IMG/VR virus record: IMGVR_UViG_3300030041_000009
Location: 124,001-188,000 of that record
Direction: 5' to 3' (one strand)
Length of the DNA stretch: 64,000 nt
Shown here: positions 49,350 through 59,266 of the stretch, one piece after another
Numbering within the stretch: position 1 is the first letter of the stretch
Layout of the letters: every line of letters starts with the position of its first letter
Translations under genes and position numbers: made by a program
The notes under the pieces: generated by a model
The model's input: the letters and a program-made list of their open reading frames with translations, nothing else
Databases searched by the model: none
Told to the model about the DNA's origin: nothing

Positions 49350-49633
49350 AAATTAAATTTATTTACATTTGAATCTAATTCATATTTTTCAATCTCATTA
49401 GTTGTTAATTTTCTTTCAATTTCATCATTCGATACCCAAATTGTTTTGTTATTAGGATCATTACATAAATAATAATAGCCATTAACAGTTGGATCTATTT
49501 TTATTATTTTTGTATATCTTGGAATATTATCAATAAAAATTATTGCTTTTAATTTAACATAATTTCCTATATTATATTTCTGTATATTATCTGACTTTTT
49601 CTCATTCATTTTAAATTTATTAATATGTTTCAT
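49346..49633 (-). CDS. Dual-tag family protein
   Basis: MKHINKF..NE ... NKFNL. Confidence 0.7.
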   Translation of the reverse strand: MKHINKFKMNEKKSDNIQKYNIGNYVKLKAIIFIDNIPRYTKIIKIDPTVNGYYYLCNDPNNKTIWVSNDEIERKLTTNEIEKYELDSNVNKFNL

Positions 49634-50172
49634 AAATTGAATTTATTTGCATTAGTCTTTAGTTTATCAATAGTAATAATATTCATACATATTGAATTTT
49701 CGTATTTTAACTCATCTATTCCGACTAATTCAGCAGAAACAAGAGCACTTTCATTAATATATTGAAAGTTTAATCCTTTTATTATACCATGATATTTTAT
49801 ATCAGTCATAAAATCAATTACTCCATCTGATATATATTTACCTATAATTTCTTCTCTTAGAAATTTTGAATAATGCTTATTAGGATTATAAATAGACATA
49901 TAAAAATCATGATATAATTTGTGAATGTTTATAATTATTTCATTATTAGTTTCTTTGAAATTTCTTTCTTTTGTTATTTTTTTAAAATTTTCATATTGTT
50001 CCTTCTCACTAACTTCACTACTAATATGATATACCTCATCATCATCTGGATCTATTGTACCATCTTCAAACCCTGGTACAATTTGAGGCTCGTCCTCTTC
50101 TGTTCTTGGTTCAAACATATCAGGATATTCTCCTCTTAAATCATAATTTTCAAATTTTTTCAAATATTTCAT
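49630..50172 (-). CDS. Dual-tag family protein
   Basis: MKYLKKFE ... NKFNL. Confidence 0.75.
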   Translation of the reverse strand: MKYLKKFENYDLRGEYPDMFEPRTEEDEPQIVPGFEDGTIDPDDDEVYHISSEVSEKEQYENFKKITKERNFKETNNEIIINIHKLYHDFYMSIYNPNKHYSKFLREEIIGKYISDGVIDFMTDIKYHGIIKGLNFQYINESALVSAELVGIDELKYENSICMNIITIDKLKTNANKFNL

Positions 50173-50206
50173 ACTAATATATATAAAAAAAAGTTAGTAA
50201 AAATTA

Positions 50207-50485
50207 CTAACTTTTTTCTAACTCAGATAGTTTTTCTAATTTTTTCTTTCTTTCTTCATTTAAAAAACAAAAATAGTCATAAAAATAATATTCATTATCA
50301 CCTATAAAATCATCAACATATGTCATAGATTTATTTAATCTAAATCTAAATACCAAATGTTCATTATCTTCAATTGATATAAAATCATCTTTATCAAATA
50401 CTGAATAAATGTTATTAATAATATAATATTTATTTTTTTCAAATTGATAAAAATTATTTTTACAATGAGCTTTCATTAATTTCAT
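50207..50485 (-). CDS. Relative of the 130-1631 family with RKxKL tag
   Basis: CKNNF..KNKYY..FYDYF..ERKKKLEKL. Confidence 0.65.
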   Translation of the reverse strand: MKLMKAHCKNNFYQFEKNKYYIINNIYSVFDKDDFISIEDNEHLVFRFRLNKSMTYVDDFIGDNEYYFYDYFCFLNEERKKKLEKLSELEKS

Positions 50486-50723
50486 TTATTTTTTCCTTTC
50501 TTAAAAAATTATTTATTCCATAAATTTTATTAATATCTTTTACTGTTAAGCATTTTAATTCTGATTTTTCTTCATCACCCCATTCTTCTACACAAATATA
50601 ATATTTTTCCCAACTAGATTTGAAAATATAAAGTACTAAACTATTATATTTATCAATATACTTATGTAGATTTGATGAATTATCAACCTCATTAAAATTA
50701 TATTTTAAAAATTTTTGACTCAT
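50460..50723 (-). CDS. Hypothetical protein with RKxKI tag
   Basis: LRKEKINEI. Confidence 0.6.
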   Translation of the reverse strand: MSQKFLKYNFNEVDNSSNLHKYIDKYNSLVLYIFKSSWEKYYICVEEWGDEEKSELKCLTVKDINKIYGINNFLRKEKINEINESSL

Positions 50724-51196
50724 TTTTTCTTTTTTTCGTGCCTTTTTGACTTAGATTGATTAAAAATTATGCCATTAATACTAGGTTTTGATTTACTAAA
50801 ATCTAAACTATTTACTGATGTTTTAAAATCTTTTTTTATGTTTTCATTTTTTTCAATTTCAGAACTTTTAATTACTTGTTTAATATTACTAATAAATTCA
50901 AGTTGATTTTCACTTGGTTCAGTACATCCGTCATCAAACATTATATAATTACTATCAACACTTATATATTTTAAATATTCAATCATATCAAATATATATT
51001 TAGATGTTTCACCAAATATTAAATCATTATATTCTGTTATATTCCAAGATTTTGGTTCATAATTTTTAAATTTATCAATATCATCTTCATTTGTTATAAA
51101 TATATTTATCCAATCAACATAATTAATAATCATATCTTTTTGTCTCTTACTTAACGCTTTTTTTGAAACTACAAAACTACTTGGTTCAATTTTCAT
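50720..51196 (-). CDS. Diverged paralog of 51202..51600
   Basis: SSFVV..QKxMI..WxIxxYNDxIFGETS. Confidence 0.65.
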   Translation of the reverse strand: MKIEPSSFVVSKKALSKRQKDMIINYVDWINIFITNEDDIDKFKNYEPKSWNITEYNDLIFGETSKYIFDMIEYLKYISVDSNYIMFDDGCTEPSENQLEFISNIKQVIKSSEIEKNENIKKDFKTSVNSLDFSKSKPSINGIIFNQSKSKRHEKKKK

Positions 51197-51201
51197 CTAT
51201 T

Positions 51202-51600
51202 TTAATATTTTTTATATTTTAATTTAATAAGTTTTTTTTTACGAAACTTTTTTTTTGACTCAGTTATAAAATCTAATTGACTTTGATATGGCTCGTCATT
51301 ATATCCTTCGTTCCAATTAATTGAATCTGGATCAACTTTTATATAATCTAAAAAATCTTGCATACTAAAATTATCCATTGAAGTTTCACCAAATATAAAA
51401 TCATTATAATCAACTATTCTCCATGGATCAGTATCACAATATTCGAATTTATCTATACATATTTCATCAATAGTTTTAAAAAACTCAACATAACTTTGAT
51501 AATCATAAATCATTTCTTTTTGTTTATTAGTTAAAGAATCTTTAATTACTACAAAACTGCTTGATGATGAGTTACTTACAAATCCATTTCGTATTTTCAT
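51202..51600 (-). CDS. MKIRxGFVSNSSSSSF family protein
   Basis: Characteristic N-terminal motif; RKKKL tag. Confidence 0.75.
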   Translation of the reverse strand: MKIRNGFVSNSSSSSFVVIKDSLTNKQKEMIYDYQSYVEFFKTIDEICIDKFEYCDTDPWRIVDYNDFIFGETSMDNFSMQDFLDYIKVDPDSINWNEGYNDEPYQSQLDFITESKKKFRKKKLIKLKYKKY

Positions 51601-51609
51601 TTGATTTTA

Positions 51610-52185
51610 TTATTTTTTAAACATTATTTCTTCTACCATTTCACATATGATATGTCCAATCATAATATGAGATTCTTGTATTCTTGGTGTATTATCAGAT
51701 GGAACATTAATTGTGTAATTACTTATTCCTTTGAGTTTTCCACCATCTTTACCTGTTAATGCAATAGTTATCATTCCTAATTTATTAGCTTCATAACAAG
51801 CATTAAAAACATTATTAGAGTTACCTGAGGTTGAGATTGCAATTAGAATATCATTTTTTCTACCCATTCCTTTTATTAATCTTGAATATATATTATCAAA
51901 GGAATAATCGTTTGCAACAGCAGTCAAATATGATGTATTTACATGTAATGCTTCAGCAAATAATGGATCTCTATCTATATAAAATCTACCTGATAATTCT
52001 GCAGCAATGTGCTGAGCATCAGCAGCACTTCCACCATTTCCACATAAAAGAACTTTACCGTCATTTTTAAAGCACTTAATCATCAAATTAGTAATATCTT
52101 CTATTGTTTTAATTAAAGTATCATCAGAATAAATTAATTCTTTTACATTTATTGATTCTCTTATTATATTTTTAATTCTTTTCAT
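51610..52185 (-). CDS. gmhA: D-sedoheptulose-7-phosphate isomerase
   Basis: CGNGGSAADAQHIAAEL, TAVANDY, ISTSGNS, TPRIQESH. Confidence 0.95.
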   Translation of the reverse strand: MKRIKNIIRESINVKELIYSDDTLIKTIEDITNLMIKCFKNDGKVLLCGNGGSAADAQHIAAELSGRFYIDRDPLFAEALHVNTSYLTAVANDYSFDNIYSRLIKGMGRKNDILIAISTSGNSNNVFNACYEANKLGMITIALTGKDGGKLKGISNYTINVPSDNTPRIQESHIMIGHIICEMVEEIMFKK

Positions 52186-52597
52186 TTTTACTCCACATAA
52201 AATTTTGAATTAAATCATAAAAATCATCCAATTCTGATTCTTCTATCTTATCATAATCTAAATTATAAAAATAATCAAATTTTGTTTGAATTTTTTCTTT
52301 TTCAATAATGTTATATGGTGATTCACATCTCCATATAATTTTTTCATCTAAATATTTTAAATAACTATTTATTTTGCTTTTTTTAACTTCTATAGCACAA
52401 TTATCTATTAAGTTTTTTAAATTATCTATTTCATCATCACTAATATTTTCTTCCGTGACATCAAATTTGCCAAATATTGAAGATATATCATTTTTTAAAT
52501 CATTTTCTTCATTTGACCACTCTTCTCTTGATGCATGACTACAATTATCCCAATAATATTTTCGTAATTTTTTTATTTTCTCTTTATTATCTTTCAT
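52172..52597 (-). CDS. Hypothetical protein
   Basis: ORF track. Confidence 0.6.
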   Translation of the reverse strand: MKDNKEKIKKLRKYYWDNCSHASREEWSNEENDLKNDISSIFGKFDVTEENISDDEIDNLKNLIDNCAIEVKKSKINSYLKYLDEKIIWRCESPYNIIEKEKIQTKFDYFYNLDYDKIEESELDDFYDLIQNFMWSKNEKN

Positions 52598-52605
52598 AAA
52601 AATAA

Positions 52606-52881
52606 TTATTTTTCTTTAATAATCTTTTTAGTAGTTTTTTTCGTTGTTGTTTTCTTTTTCGTTACTTTTTTTTCACTGCCAATATCTTTAACTAAAATAT
52701 AAGGACCTTTGAATGTACTACTTGTATATGCTTTACATTTATCAATTTCTAAATCAATTAAACATTTTTTACAATAATTTGTATAATACTCTCTATTGGG
52801 CACTAATGCAGCAAAAATTTCCTTTGAAGGAAATTCATTTAAACACTCTGAACAGACATATGAATCTTTTTTCTTAGCCAT
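52606..52881 (-). CDS. Zn-finger protein with Lys/Thr-rich tail (probable start MAKKKD)
   Basis: CSEC..CKKC; TATATTTG box upstream on minus strand. Confidence 0.6.
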   Translation of the reverse strand: MAKKKDSYVCSECLNEFPSKEIFAALVPNREYYTNYCKKCLIDLEIDKCKAYTSSTFKGPYILVKDIGSEKKVTKKKTTTKKTTKKIIKEK

Positions 52882-52984
52882 TTTTATTTTATTTTTATTT
52901 AAGCAAATATATAAATTAATTTGCATACCCACAAATGATTTTATATTTTTTATATATAATAATATAATAAAATAAAGTTTATAT

Positions 52985-53434
52985 ATGAAATATTTAGAAA
53001 GTTATAAAGTAATAGAACCGTCCGATATTAAAGTTGGAGGAGAATATGGTAAATTACCAGGAGTAATTATTAGTGATAAATTTTTTGAAAAAATACCATA
53101 TATTATTAATTTTTTAAATTCAAAAAAAATAAAATTTGAATTATTTACTAATGATATATATTTTTTTATAATATTAAATCATGTTGATGATATTAATTTA
53201 TTACCATATAACTATAATAGTATGGAACATATAATTCCGTTATCGGATGATTATAATAGAGATGATATATTGAGTAAATTACAATTGAATTGGTATAAAA
53301 ATAAATTTCAAAAATATAATCCTGATGTTATATTTAGAGATTTTACAATTAAAACCTCAGACGATATGATAGAATTAAAAGAATATATTAATAACCTTTT
53401 AATTAAAATAAGTGCAAAAAAATTTAATCTATAA
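52985..53434 (+). CDS. Dual-tag family protein
   Basis: MKYLESY ... KKFNL. Confidence 0.7.
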   Translation: MKYLESYKVIEPSDIKVGGEYGKLPGVIISDKFFEKIPYIINFLNSKKIKFELFTNDIYFFIILNHVDDINLLPYNYNSMEHIIPLSDDYNRDDILSKLQLNWYKNKFQKYNPDVIFRDFTIKTSDDMIELKEYINNLLIKISAKKFNL

Positions 53435-53452
53435 AAAATTATATATATTATT

Positions 53453-54835
53453 ATGAGATATATTAAAAATTATGAATATTTTACTCCAATCAAAATAAAT
53501 AACGAAAAACCTTTCAAAATTGATGATAACATTGCAGATAAGATTGCATATATGCAAGATAGTCTCAAAAAACTTAGAAAGAGAGTTCAAAACGAAAAAG
53601 ATAGAAAAACACAAGCAGAATTAAATAATGAAATAAATATTAAAGTTAAAAAACTTAGTGACTTAACATTTAAACAAACTAAACAAGTTGCATATTTAAA
53701 AAATAATCCAATAACAGAAAGTTCTGATGTTGAAGATAATATAGATAATATACCAAATTTAATAAAAGTATTATCATCAAAGAAATTTAAACCAGAAGAT
53801 ATCAACAAATATATTGGATTCGATGAAGATGAAGCAATAATAAATTCAGAAAAAAATTATCATTATCCATATGAAAAAGAATTTTCATATGATGAGAAAG
53901 GATTCACTTTAATTATTAATATTGAGGTTCTTGAAAATTTACTTGATATCGAAAATGGTTCTATAAGTTCTATTTTACAATTAACTCGAGATAATAATAA
54001 TTATGAATTCTATGTTGATAAAGAAGAATTAGATTATTTGGGTAATTATACAAAAAAAGAAACTAATGATAAAATTATAGAATTATCCAAGTTATTTTAT
54101 TTTGACGATAATATAGATCCTACAGAACAAGGTAAAATAGCAGACTTATTTAAATATTTAGATTTAACTGATGATTTAGAAACATTTGAAAGTGAAATTT
54201 CAATGGCTCATGAACGTGCAGTAGAAATAGCAGCAAAGAAAGCATTAGAAAAAATGCCTTTTAATATTAATGATAATACTAATCATGATAGTGACACAAA
54301 AAAATATCAGATAGAATTGGTTTTTGAGTATAAAACTATGATTAAGTATATGATAAAATATAAATTAAATGTTAAAACTATTAAAGAATTTTTATCTAAT
54401 ATATATGATTCTGATGACTTAAGATATGAAACTATTGAATATGAAGATAGTTATAGTCATCTTAATTTTGATAATTTAAAAAACTCTATTGATGATGTAG
54501 TTAGTAAATATGTAGACAGTCCTGATGATATATTTCCGATTTGGATTAAAACAGATAATTTAGAAATGTTTAAAAAAATGGAAAAAAAATATGCATTTTA
54601 TGATTATGACTATGATATTTGGTTTAAATATTATAGAAAGCATATAAATTTATTAGAAATTGCTAAATTATATAATGGAAAAATATTAGAATGGTTTAAA
54701 ACTTATGAATTTCAAAAATACTTAATTGAAAATGATAATGAAAATTATAAATTAATAATGAAATCAAATATATTGAATCCTGAAATTATAAATGAATATA
54801 GTTATATTGTAAATGTAGATAAATTTAATATGTAA
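53453..54835 (+). CDS. Large acidic dual-tag family protein
   Basis: MRYIKNYE ... DKFNM. Confidence 0.75.
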   Translation: MRYIKNYEYFTPIKINNEKPFKIDDNIADKIAYMQDSLKKLRKRVQNEKDRKTQAELNNEINIKVKKLSDLTFKQTKQVAYLKNNPITESSDVEDNIDNIPNLIKVLSSKKFKPEDINKYIGFDEDEAIINSEKNYHYPYEKEFSYDEKGFTLIINIEVLENLLDIENGSISSILQLTRDNNNYEFYVDKEELDYLGNYTKKETNDKIIELSKLFYFDDNIDPTEQGKIADLFKYLDLTDDLETFESEISMAHERAVEIAAKKALEKMPFNINDNTNHDSDTKKYQIELVFEYKTMIKYMIKYKLNVKTIKEFLSNIYDSDDLRYETIEYEDSYSHLNFDNLKNSIDDVVSKYVDSPDDIFPIWIKTDNLEMFKKMEKKYAFYDYDYDIWFKYYRKHINLLEIAKLYNGKILEWFKTYEFQKYLIENDNENYKLIMKSNILNPEIINEYSYIVNVDKFNM

Positions 54836-54840
54836 AAATT

Positions 54841-55203
54841 ATGAAACACTTAAAAATATTTGAAGAATTTGACGATGATGACGAATTATCACCAGTAGGA
54901 CATTATACATCTCAACATGTAGGAGATTATGTAAAATTAGAAGATTATGTAAAATTAGATGATTCTGAAAGTGAATTGAATGTTGTAGGTCCATTTGTTA
55001 AAATTATTGAAGTTAACGATACAGATTTTGATGAAAATGATGATGATATGTATGAGCCAAGATATAAAGTAATATCTATTCATAAAAAGACAAGAGAATT
55101 AAAAGAATTTTGGATAGGTGAAAGTGAGATTGATAGAGATTTAACTTCAAGTGAAATTGAAGAACTTGAACTATTATTAACAGCAAACAAATTTAATATG
55201 TAA
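54841..55203 (+). CDS. Dual-tag family protein
   Basis: MKHLKIFEEF ... NKFNM. Confidence 0.75.
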   Translation: MKHLKIFEEFDDDDELSPVGHYTSQHVGDYVKLEDYVKLDDSESELNVVGPFVKIIEVNDTDFDENDDDMYEPRYKVISIHKKTRELKEFWIGESEIDRDLTSSEIEELELLLTANKFNM

Positions 55204-55207
55204 AACT

Positions 55208-55732
55208 ATGAAACATTTAAAAATATTTGAAGAATTTGACGATGATGAAGATTTCGAAGAATATCATGATATTAATGAATTTGAAAATGATTACGATATA
55301 GATACTGCTGTTGATAGCTATATAACAGCATTAATTTGGACTGAAGAAGGTCATGAAACAGATTATGATCCATGGGAAGGAAAAAATATATATGATATCG
55401 ATGAAAATTCTAAAGATGAGATTGTAAAAGAAGTTGAATGGTTTATTAATTCAGCAGGAGATGTTTTTGAAGATATGACAGATGACCAAATTGGTAATGA
55501 TTTATGGTTGACAAGAAATGGACATGGATCTGGATTTTTTGAAAGAATAAATGATAGTGAAAACTTAACAATCATTACTAAATTATGTGATGTTTTAGGA
55601 AATGTAGATGCTGAAATAGGAGATGATGGTAATATATATCATCATTCAAATGATAAATATAAAACTTTTAATGTAGATGAATATAAAAAGAAAATAGAAT
55701 TTGATAAAACAGTAAATAAATTTAATTTATAA
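55208..55732 (+). CDS. Dual-tag acidic protein with GxDxWLTRNGHGxGF motif
   Basis: MKHLKIFEEF ... NKFNL; motif recalled from phage proteins of unknown function. Confidence 0.75.
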   Translation: MKHLKIFEEFDDDEDFEEYHDINEFENDYDIDTAVDSYITALIWTEEGHETDYDPWEGKNIYDIDENSKDEIVKEVEWFINSAGDVFEDMTDDQIGNDLWLTRNGHGSGFFERINDSENLTIITKLCDVLGNVDAEIGDDGNIYHHSNDKYKTFNVDEYKKKIEFDKTVNKFNL

Positions 55733-55756
55733 CATATTTTAAAAAAATAATATCTT

Positions 55757-56002
55757 ATGAAAAATGCTAAATACATAGAAAAAAATCCTAAATATAAGAA
55801 AGGAGATTTCGTTAAGTTGATTGAGAATAATTTGAAAGTTGAAAATTTAGTACATATTTTAGATGTAAATGATGAGTTAAAATCACCAGATTATTATATT
55901 GAAGCATTTAATATTAAAACTCAAGAAATAGTTAAAATATGGATCGATGAAGAAGAAATAGATAAAAAAACCAATGCAAAAGGAAAAATAAAATTTAAAT
56001 AA
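55757..56002 (+). CDS. Hypothetical protein related to 54841..55203
   Basis: GDFVKL..WIDEEEID. Confidence 0.6.
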   Translation: MKNAKYIEKNPKYKKGDFVKLIENNLKVENLVHILDVNDELKSPDYYIEAFNIKTQEIVKIWIDEEEIDKKTNAKGKIKFK

Positions 56003-56003
56003 A

Positions 56004-56414
56004 TTGAAATATATTAAAAAGTTTGAAAAATCAAATAGTAAAGAGAAAATTCAAGAACTCGCTTATTATATACATAATTTTATAAATAAAAATCAAAATG
56101 AAATTATTTATTCATATGAATATAATTGTGATTATGCGTTTAGTTATAATAAAAATGATATACAAAGAAATTATTTTTTAAATTTAAGATTATCCACAAA
56201 TAATGATTATTTTTTGTTTGATATTAATACTATACTAGATAATCCAGGATGGATAGATTCAGAAATAGAAAAAATATCAAAATTTATAAAATATATAATG
56301 GATAAATATTCAGAATTAGGTAGAATAAAAATCACAGAAATAGATAATATTATAAATGATATATCAAAAGAAAATTACGAAATTTATCTAAATGCATTAA
56401 AATTTAATTTATAA
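56004..56414 (+). CDS. Dual-tag family protein (TTG start)
   Basis: MKYIKKFE ... LKFNL. Confidence 0.7.
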   Translation: MKYIKKFEKSNSKEKIQELAYYIHNFINKNQNEIIYSYEYNCDYAFSYNKNDIQRNYFLNLRLSTNNDYFLFDINTILDNPGWIDSEIEKISKFIKYIMDKYSELGRIKITEIDNIINDISKENYEIYLNALKFNL

Positions 56415-56479
56415 AAAAAGAGAATCAATTGATTCTCTTTTTTGTTATTTAAGGTTCATTAAATCTCACTATTTTATCT

Positions 56480-57088
56480 TTATTTTTGGAAAAGATTATC
56501 CTTTACATTATTTTCGGTATAATAAGTCGTTGCAGCAGAAATATTTGAATATGCTACTATTATTCCGTCATTCGTAGCATCATAATTAAATGAATTGCTT
56601 CTACTCATTCCCATTGATTCTGCGACAAAACATGAATCTTGATTTGCACCTAAATAAATAAATTCAATATTTAAATTTTCTCTCATATCTGTCACCATTA
56701 ATTTAATCATATCACGACTATATATAGTAGAAGAATTTTCTTCTCCGTCTGTTAATATAACAAATAATGTTTTATCACTTCTTTTACTTTTTTTAGTTGA
56801 TCCTAGTTGCTTTATATAATTATCTGAAGCAAATCCTAACGCATCATATAAACTAGTACCACCATTAGCATAATAAGTGTTTTCATTAAGTTCATTTACT
56901 TCTTTAATGTCAACGTTTTTATATGGCATATAAAAACTTGTATCAAAAAACATCAATGAAAAATTTATTTTATTTCCATTTTCCTTTTGTTCCGTTAAGA
57001 ATTTGTTAAATCCTTCTCTCGCTTTTACTATTATCGACCCCATTGAGCCAGACATATCCAATATGCAAACTATATCTACCTTATTCAT
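56480..57088 (-). CDS. von Willebrand factor A domain protein
   Basis: MIDAS DMSGSM, GGTSLYDA, ILTDGEENSS. Confidence 0.9.
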   Translation of the reverse strand: MNKVDIVCILDMSGSMGSIIVKAREGFNKFLTEQKENGNKINFSLMFFDTSFYMPYKNVDIKEVNELNENTYYANGGTSLYDALGFASDNYIKQLGSTKKSKRSDKTLFVILTDGEENSSTIYSRDMIKLMVTDMRENLNIEFIYLGANQDSCFVAESMGMSRSNSFNYDATNDGIIVAYSNISAATTYYTENNVKDNLFQK

Positions 57089-57096
57089 ATTATAAA

Positions 57097-57984
57097 TTAA
57101 ATTTTAGTTCCGCATTTCGGACAGAATTTCCAAGAACTTTTTCTTAAACGATATCCGCACTCATTACAATATTCACGTATCTCATTGATACTCTGAGATT
57201 TAGAAGAATAAGGCATAAGTTTATAAGATATTGAATAGAATGATGTATTTGAAAATTCGACGTTTACATTTTTTAATTTTTGATCTGATAATTCTCCTTT
57301 TTCAACTCTACCAGTTTCAATAGAATTAATATTTAAACTAGATGTAAATGTTGATCCTCCAATATTACTTGATGAATTAAATATATTATTATTTAATGAA
57401 TTGCAACTTTGAGTATAAACACAACTAGTATCTGAATTATATTTAGAATTAGAATTATTAGTATCAAAAAATCCAGAAAAACTTATAGAATTTCCAGTTA
57501 ATGATGTTATTGAAGAATTTCCAAAATAATTTCCATAATATGTTCCAGTGTTATTAAGATTATTATAATTATAAGGCTTAGGTGGAAATTCATAATTTAC
57601 ATTTACTTCATTAGTATTATTACTTCTCCAATATTCTTTATAGAAATTAAAGGTAATTAATCCATTTTTTTCAATCGCTTCTAACGCTTCTTTATTATTA
57701 CCATCAATGTTATAAGTTTCAAATAACATTTTACGTTGTTCATCTAAAAACCGATCTAAAAATACATTTTGACCAGGATTTAAAATTAAATAAGAATCTC
57801 CTTTTTTGATTCCGTTAAATTCGATACTAACTCCAATTTTTTCATTTGTTGGATTGAAAAAATTAAGTTCAAAGTTATCACCATTATTTAAGTAAATAAT
57901 GTTACCTTGATAAATTTTCAATTCGTTTCTTTTGCTAGAAATTTGAACAGAAGGGTTCCTGTCCAACAGTTTGTTGTTTGTCAT
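57097..57984 (-). CDS. Hypothetical protein with C-terminal double Zn ribbon
   Basis: YCNECG..FCPKCG; co-oriented with vWA gene. Confidence 0.75.
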   Translation of the reverse strand: MTNNKLLDRNPSVQISSKRNELKIYQGNIIYLNNGDNFELNFFNPTNEKIGVSIEFNGIKKGDSYLILNPGQNVFLDRFLDEQRKMLFETYNIDGNNKEALEAIEKNGLITFNFYKEYWRSNNTNEVNVNYEFPPKPYNYNNLNNTGTYYGNYFGNSSITSLTGNSISFSGFFDTNNSNSKYNSDTSCVYTQSCNSLNNNIFNSSSNIGGSTFTSSLNINSIETGRVEKGELSDQKLKNVNVEFSNTSFYSISYKLMPYSSKSQSINEIREYCNECGYRLRKSSWKFCPKCGTKI

Positions 57985-58217
57985 AATTTTTTTATTTTTT
58001 TTATTTTTAGTTTGCTAATTCATTCATTGCTTTTCAACAATTCCAAAGTCATAATGACTCTAAACTAACATAACCCAAAAAATGAACCTCGTCACTTTAA
58101 GTGCGACATTATTATATATATTTTTATTGCTGTCCTATTATATTAAATATTATTAATTTTTATATTATATTCAATTTTTATTTGTATCTTTGCACATTAA
58201 CTTTAAATACTAATAAT

Positions 58218-58487
58218 ATGAATAGATTTTTAAGATATAAAGAAACTAAATTATATAATCATTTGATTAATTCAATAGATTATCATGAAAAAAGACGTCT
58301 TAAACAAAAAAATGAACATGATGCAATTCAAGTAAAATTGAAGAAATATGAGGAAAAACAAATTGAACGTGATAACGTAATATCTGAACCTAAAGATTCT
58401 AAATTGATAAATAATGAAATTGATAAAATTTCAGAAGAAGAATATTATCAAATTTATTTAAAATTAAAAAATAGTTATGAAAAATAA
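58218..58487 (+). CDS. Hypothetical protein (probable start MNRFLRY)
   Basis: TATCTTTGCA box at ~58185 upstream. Confidence 0.6.
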   Translation: MNRFLRYKETKLYNHLINSIDYHEKRRLKQKNEHDAIQVKLKKYEEKQIERDNVISEPKDSKLINNEIDKISEEEYYQIYLKLKNSYEK

Positions 58488-58668
58488 AACAATGTATATT
58501 TTTAGCATTATTATAGGCATGATTATAAGTAAAATTGCTATTTTTATAAATATAAAAGCATATTCTTTTGAATGGTGGAGATTCTGCTTAACATTTGATA
58601 TTATAATAATTGTAAGTTTTTTTTATATAGTTGAATTAATAATAAAAAATAAAAAACCTAAAAAATGA
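58477..58668 (+). CDS. Small membrane protein
   Basis: Two hydrophobic segments. Confidence 0.55.
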   Translation: MKNKTMYIFSIIIGMIISKIAIFINIKAYSFEWWRFCLTFDIIIIVSFFYIVELIIKNKKPKK

Positions 58669-59021
58669 AAGATTTAAAAAATATAACCAAAGAAGAAGTT
58701 GAAATAATATGCGAAATGTACGGTGAGCCATTTATTGATTATCTTGCAGGTGAATGGAATTATGGATTAGCAGTTCAAATTAATACAACATCAACTGCAT
58801 ATAATAATGTGAATGATTCTTATATCACAATATATTATAATGGTATTATTAACTTACATAGAAACAATGGCAATTGGGGCGGAATGATAACTGAAAGTAT
58901 ATCTCCTTTAATAGCAATAGATTATTTGAGAAGTCAAGGTTACGAATTCAAATATGAAATTCCTAAACAATTAGAAAGAAAATTCAAATTAAACGAATTA
59001 AATAAAATATCTAAAATATAA
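58665..59021 (+). CDS. Hypothetical protein with RKxKL tag
   Basis: ERKFKLNEL. Confidence 0.65.
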   Translation: MKDLKNITKEEVEIICEMYGEPFIDYLAGEWNYGLAVQINTTSTAYNNVNDSYITIYYNGIINLHRNNGNWGGMITESISPLIAIDYLRSQGYEFKYEIPKQLERKFKLNELNKISKI

Positions 59022-59122
59022 TAAACTTATTATTTATTTAAAAAGACTACAGAAATATCTGTAGTCTTTTTTTTTGCCTGTTTTTGACTTTATTATATTT
59101 ATATATACAGATAAAACAATAT

Positions 59123-59266
59123 ATGAAAGTTCAAAAAACATTTACAATAGAAAAAGAAATATCAAAAGAATTTGATAAGATTTCAAAAGAGAAATCAATT
59201 AATAAATCATTATTCATAGAAAATGCTATGAAAGATTTTATTGAAAAAATAATAAATCAAAAATGA
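59123..59266 (+). CDS. Ribbon-helix-helix DNA-binding protein
   Basis: KTFTIE beta-strand, NKSLFIENAMKDF helix. Confidence 0.65.
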   Translation: MKVQKTFTIEKEISKEFDKISKEKSINKSLFIENAMKDFIEKIINQK

